Assembly (NCBI GenBank): GCA_002170535.1
Contig: NHDW01000004.1
Span: 186,190-250,189, forward strand
DNA length: 64,000 nucleotides
Direction: 5' to 3'
Source of the DNA: Methylococcaceae bacterium TMED69
GTDB lineage: Bacteria > Pseudomonadota > Gammaproteobacteria > Ga0077536
Both the position numbers and the translations under genes were made by a program. Shown here one piece after another: positions 61,351-64,000 of the stretch (positions are counted from its first letter, which is position 1; each line of letters opens with the position of its first letter). Under the pieces are notes generated by a model. That model made no database searches. It saw nothing but the letters and a program-made list of their open reading frames with translations, and was not told where the DNA came from.

Positions 61351-62199
61351 TTAAAGAACCAGTTTTTTTTCACTGGGTTCGAGGCTATCGTAATTCCATA
61401 GTTGTTTGCCGGATACGACTTTTTTAATCGTTGATAAATTTAACTTATCGACCAATCCGTAAAGGGTTAATTTATCAGTCAACCATTTTTCATCGGATTC
61501 GGTGGTCTCTGATTCGACTGCGTCGGCTCCTAAGCTTTTGATTTTTCCGCCGACATAAATCGTACCATCATACATTGAGTCCCCAAGATTATTTCCAGCA
61601 TCACCTAAGACCACCATTCTACCCCTTTGCATCATAAATCCTGAAAAAGCGCCCGTGTTTCCTCCAGCGATTATTGTGCCTCCTTTTTGATCGATTCCTG
61701 TTCTGGCACCCACATCTCCCTTACACACTAGGTCACCTCCTCGAATAGCAGCACCAAAAGTTGAACCAGCGTTTTTCTTTATAAGGACGGTTCCAGACAT
61801 CATGTTTTCTCCGCATGACCATCCAACTCTCCCCTCAACAGTGACGTTAGGCCCATCGAGAAGACCGAGGCCAAAATATCCTAGACTTCCTTCAATCTTT
61901 AAATTAAGCCTGTTAAGAATGCCTACTCCAATACTATGTTTAGCTCCCGGATTTTTGATGGTAATTGTTCCATAGCCTTCTGTGAGAAGGTGCTTTAATT
62001 TACTGTTAATCTGCCTTGTGTTTAAATCTTCCGCGTCGATTTCTGCTGACTTAGAAAAGTCAACTTCATAAGCGAAAGGCTGAGCCATTTTTTCTTCATT
62101 GTTATCCAAAGAAAAAAATACTTGCTGAGTTCTCCCCAGCAAGGATTCTGACCTCATTTCGGTTTTTAGGGGTTCATTCGATTTTTCTAAGCCTGCCAT
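61351..62199 (-). CDS. mgsB: N-methylglutamate synthase GXGXG subunit (GlxC/MgsB)
   Basis: Repeated GXGXG beta-helix motifs, ENMMSG and GDSMYDG.IYVGG. Confidence 0.85.
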   Translation of the reverse strand: MAGLEKSNEPLKTEMRSESLLGRTQQVFFSLDNNEEKMAQPFAYEVDFSKSAEIDAEDLNTRQINSKLKHLLTEGYGTITIKNPGAKHSIGVGILNRLNLKIEGSLGYFGLGLLDGPNVTVEGRVGWSCGENMMSGTVLIKKNAGSTFGAAIRGGDLVCKGDVGARTGIDQKGGTIIAGGNTGAFSGFMMQRGRMVVLGDAGNNLGDSMYDGTIYVGGKIKSLGADAVESETTESDEKWLTDKLTLYGLVDKLNLSTIKKVVSGKQLWNYDSLEPSEKKLVL

Positions 62200-63131
62200 A
62201 CTCTTACCTCTCCGTCATAAGGATCTGATGTGTCGATTTCATTATTCATAATTGTACGAATGGCGACCTCTTCTGATGCAAGAGCAACTAATTGGTCACT
62301 TTCAAAAAGTACCATTGGCTTCGCGGCCATAGTGTCTTTGGCCATTCCGAGAGAATCAGATGTAGCCAGTAAGTAAGTAAAAACCCCATCTAGTTCCTCT
62401 ACACTCTGAAGCATTGAGTCCTCTAGATTTCTTCCTTGTTCAATTTTGTCAGCTATATAAACAGCTATAAGCTCCGAGTCGCAACTAGACATAAATCGAT
62501 GGCCTTTTCTCTCTAATTCCCGCCTTTTGGACCAATAATTAGTTAATTGGCCGTTATGAACCACTGAAACATCGGCGAAAGGATAAGCCCAATAAGGATG
62601 TGCTGATCTGATGTCCACGTCGGATTCTGTCGCCATTCGGGTATGCCCTATTGCGTGTGTTCCATTAAAAGATTTTAGGGAGTACAAATCAGAAACAACC
62701 TTCGCGTCACCTAGGTCCTTAACAAGCTCTAGTCCTTTTCCTATTGAGAGTATTTCAACCCCCTCTATATCTTCAACGTAATTGGCCAGTTGGCGTAAGT
62801 TACCATCACAAGTAAATGTGTATCTTAGAGCATATTCCGTTATTTTCTCGACCTCGCTAACCTTAACTTTAAGCTCACTAAGCCGGCTTTGGACGCTTTT
62901 TATTCGATCCTCCATTTTGGCGTGAATGTCATAGCCATTGACCGCTTCGTGAGTTTCAGCAACTTTCATTCGCATGACATACTGTTCAGAATCTATGTTG
63001 TCTCTTTCGCAATAAAGAGCGAATCCCGTTGAATCTGGTCCTCGGTGTTTCATTGCTTGAAGCATAAAAGACATTTCCTCGCCTATTTTTGAGCTACCGT
63101 CTCTGTGTATCACCCCCGCTATTCCGCACAT
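62187..63131 (-). CDS. mgsA: N-methylglutamate synthase class II amidotransferase subunit (GlxB/MgsA)
   Basis: MCGIAG, HRGPDS, GHTRMATES, HNGQLTNY and DSE. Confidence 0.87.
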   Translation of the reverse strand: MCGIAGVIHRDGSSKIGEEMSFMLQAMKHRGPDSTGFALYCERDNIDSEQYVMRMKVAETHEAVNGYDIHAKMEDRIKSVQSRLSELKVKVSEVEKITEYALRYTFTCDGNLRQLANYVEDIEGVEILSIGKGLELVKDLGDAKVVSDLYSLKSFNGTHAIGHTRMATESDVDIRSAHPYWAYPFADVSVVHNGQLTNYWSKRRELERKGHRFMSSCDSELIAVYIADKIEQGRNLEDSMLQSVEELDGVFTYLLATSDSLGMAKDTMAAKPMVLFESDQLVALASEEVAIRTIMNNEIDTSDPYDGEVRVWQA

Positions 63132-63151
63132 AATTCGCTCCTGTTAATTAA

Positions 63152-64000
63152 CTATGGAAGACAATGCATATACATTTCTTGATCCCAATCAGTCACCGTT
63201 GCCATGAACTTTTCATGCTCGTCATTCTTATACCATTTATATATTTTATACATATCACCTGGCATCGACGCTTTAATAATCTCGTCATCTTCCAATCTCT
63301 GGAGTGCTTCGCCTAACGACATGGGAAGCTTTTTGACTTCTTTACCCGCTTCCATAGCCTCATAGATATTTCGATTTTCAGGTTCTCCCGGATCAATATC
63401 GTTGTCTATTCCATCTTCAAAAGCACTAAGAAGGGCTGAACCTAAAAGATAAGGATTGACCATCGAATCTACGGCTCTGTACTCGAATCTCCCAGGAGCT
63501 GATACTCGAAGTCCAGTGGTTCGATTTTGAAAACCCCAATCCGCAAAAACCGGAGCCCAAAAGCCCGTATCCCACAGCCTTCTATATGAATTTACTGTAG
63601 AGCAACCGATGGCTGTTAATGCGCCAAGGTGTTTAACGATACCACCGACACATTGTAAACCTACTTTCCCGGGTAACTGCGGATCATCGGTATCTGGCAT
63701 AAAAAGATTTTCTCCTTCCTCTCGGTAAGTAAACACCCCTTCCATACCGGGCAAAATGTTTTGATGAAGTTTATTGATTGCATCTTTTCCGCCTTTCCAA
63801 AGAGAAATATTTGTATGACAGCCTGATGCTGACACTCCCATAAAAGGTTTAGACATAAAGCATGCGATTAGATTATTCTCTCTAGCTACCTGAGCGCAAA
63901 TTTGACGGTAAGTTGATAGTCTGTCTGCATTTCTTACGACGTCATCAAACGTCCAATTGAGTTCGAGTTGTCCCGGTGCGTCCTCGTGATCGCCTTGGAT
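63152..64000 (-). CDS. Glutamine synthetase-family protein, probable gamma-glutamylmethylamide synthetase (GlnT/GmaS), 5'-truncated
   Basis: The frame is open to the window end (IQGDHEDAPGQLELNW). KPF..SASGCH, NSYRRL, QNRT and FEYRAVD..NPYL; directly upstream of mgsABC. Confidence 0.8.
   Translation of the reverse strand: MQGDHEDAPGQLELNWTFDDVVRNADRLSTYRQICAQVARENNLIACFMSKPFMGVSASGCHTNISLWKGGKDAINKLHQNILPGMEGVFTYREEGENLFMPDTDDPQLPGKVGLQCVGGIVKHLGALTAIGCSTVNSYRRLWDTGFWAPVFADWGFQNRTTGLRVSAPGRFEYRAVDSMVNPYLLGSALLSAFEDGIDNDIDPGEPENRNIYEAMEAGKEVKKLPMSLGEALQRLEDDEIIKASMPGDMYKIYKWYKNDEHEKFMATVTDWDQEMYMHCLP

Overview
AT-rich, tightly packed chromosomal segment with no phage, IS or CRISPR signal. Gene order and sequences suggest a streamlined, probably marine, gammaproteobacterium (inference). 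Bases 1-36 kb are mostly core genes: hemCD-hemX/hemY-like, prk-like, msbA, uvrD, pstS, dsbA, cytochromes c, hemA-prfA-prmC-moeB-xthA, ispE-tRNA-Gln-prs-rplY-pth-ychF, zapA with 6S RNA, pepP-ubi-purC, tkt-gap-pgk and metF. Bases 36-51 kb are accessory: a divergent Amt with a small membrane partner, a sodium:solute symporter and several enzymes. These are followed by groESL with a CIRCE-like operator and a methylamine (N-methylglutamate) cluster, gmaS-mgsABC-orf-mgdABCD, that runs off the right end. The main signal missed by the ORF track is a minus-strand five-gene operon (46581 to 42959) containing two probable selenoproteins. One is an ArsC/Spx-like protein with UxxC and the other a BCP peroxiredoxin with TPGU. 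In each, an in-frame TGA sits at the catalytic Cys position and is followed by a SECIS-like hairpin. A second hidden element is a free-standing 25-codon ORF at 50098-50175 with a 14-nt match to the 16S rRNA 3' tail and its own terminator. All calls come from reading motifs by eye; no searches were run.
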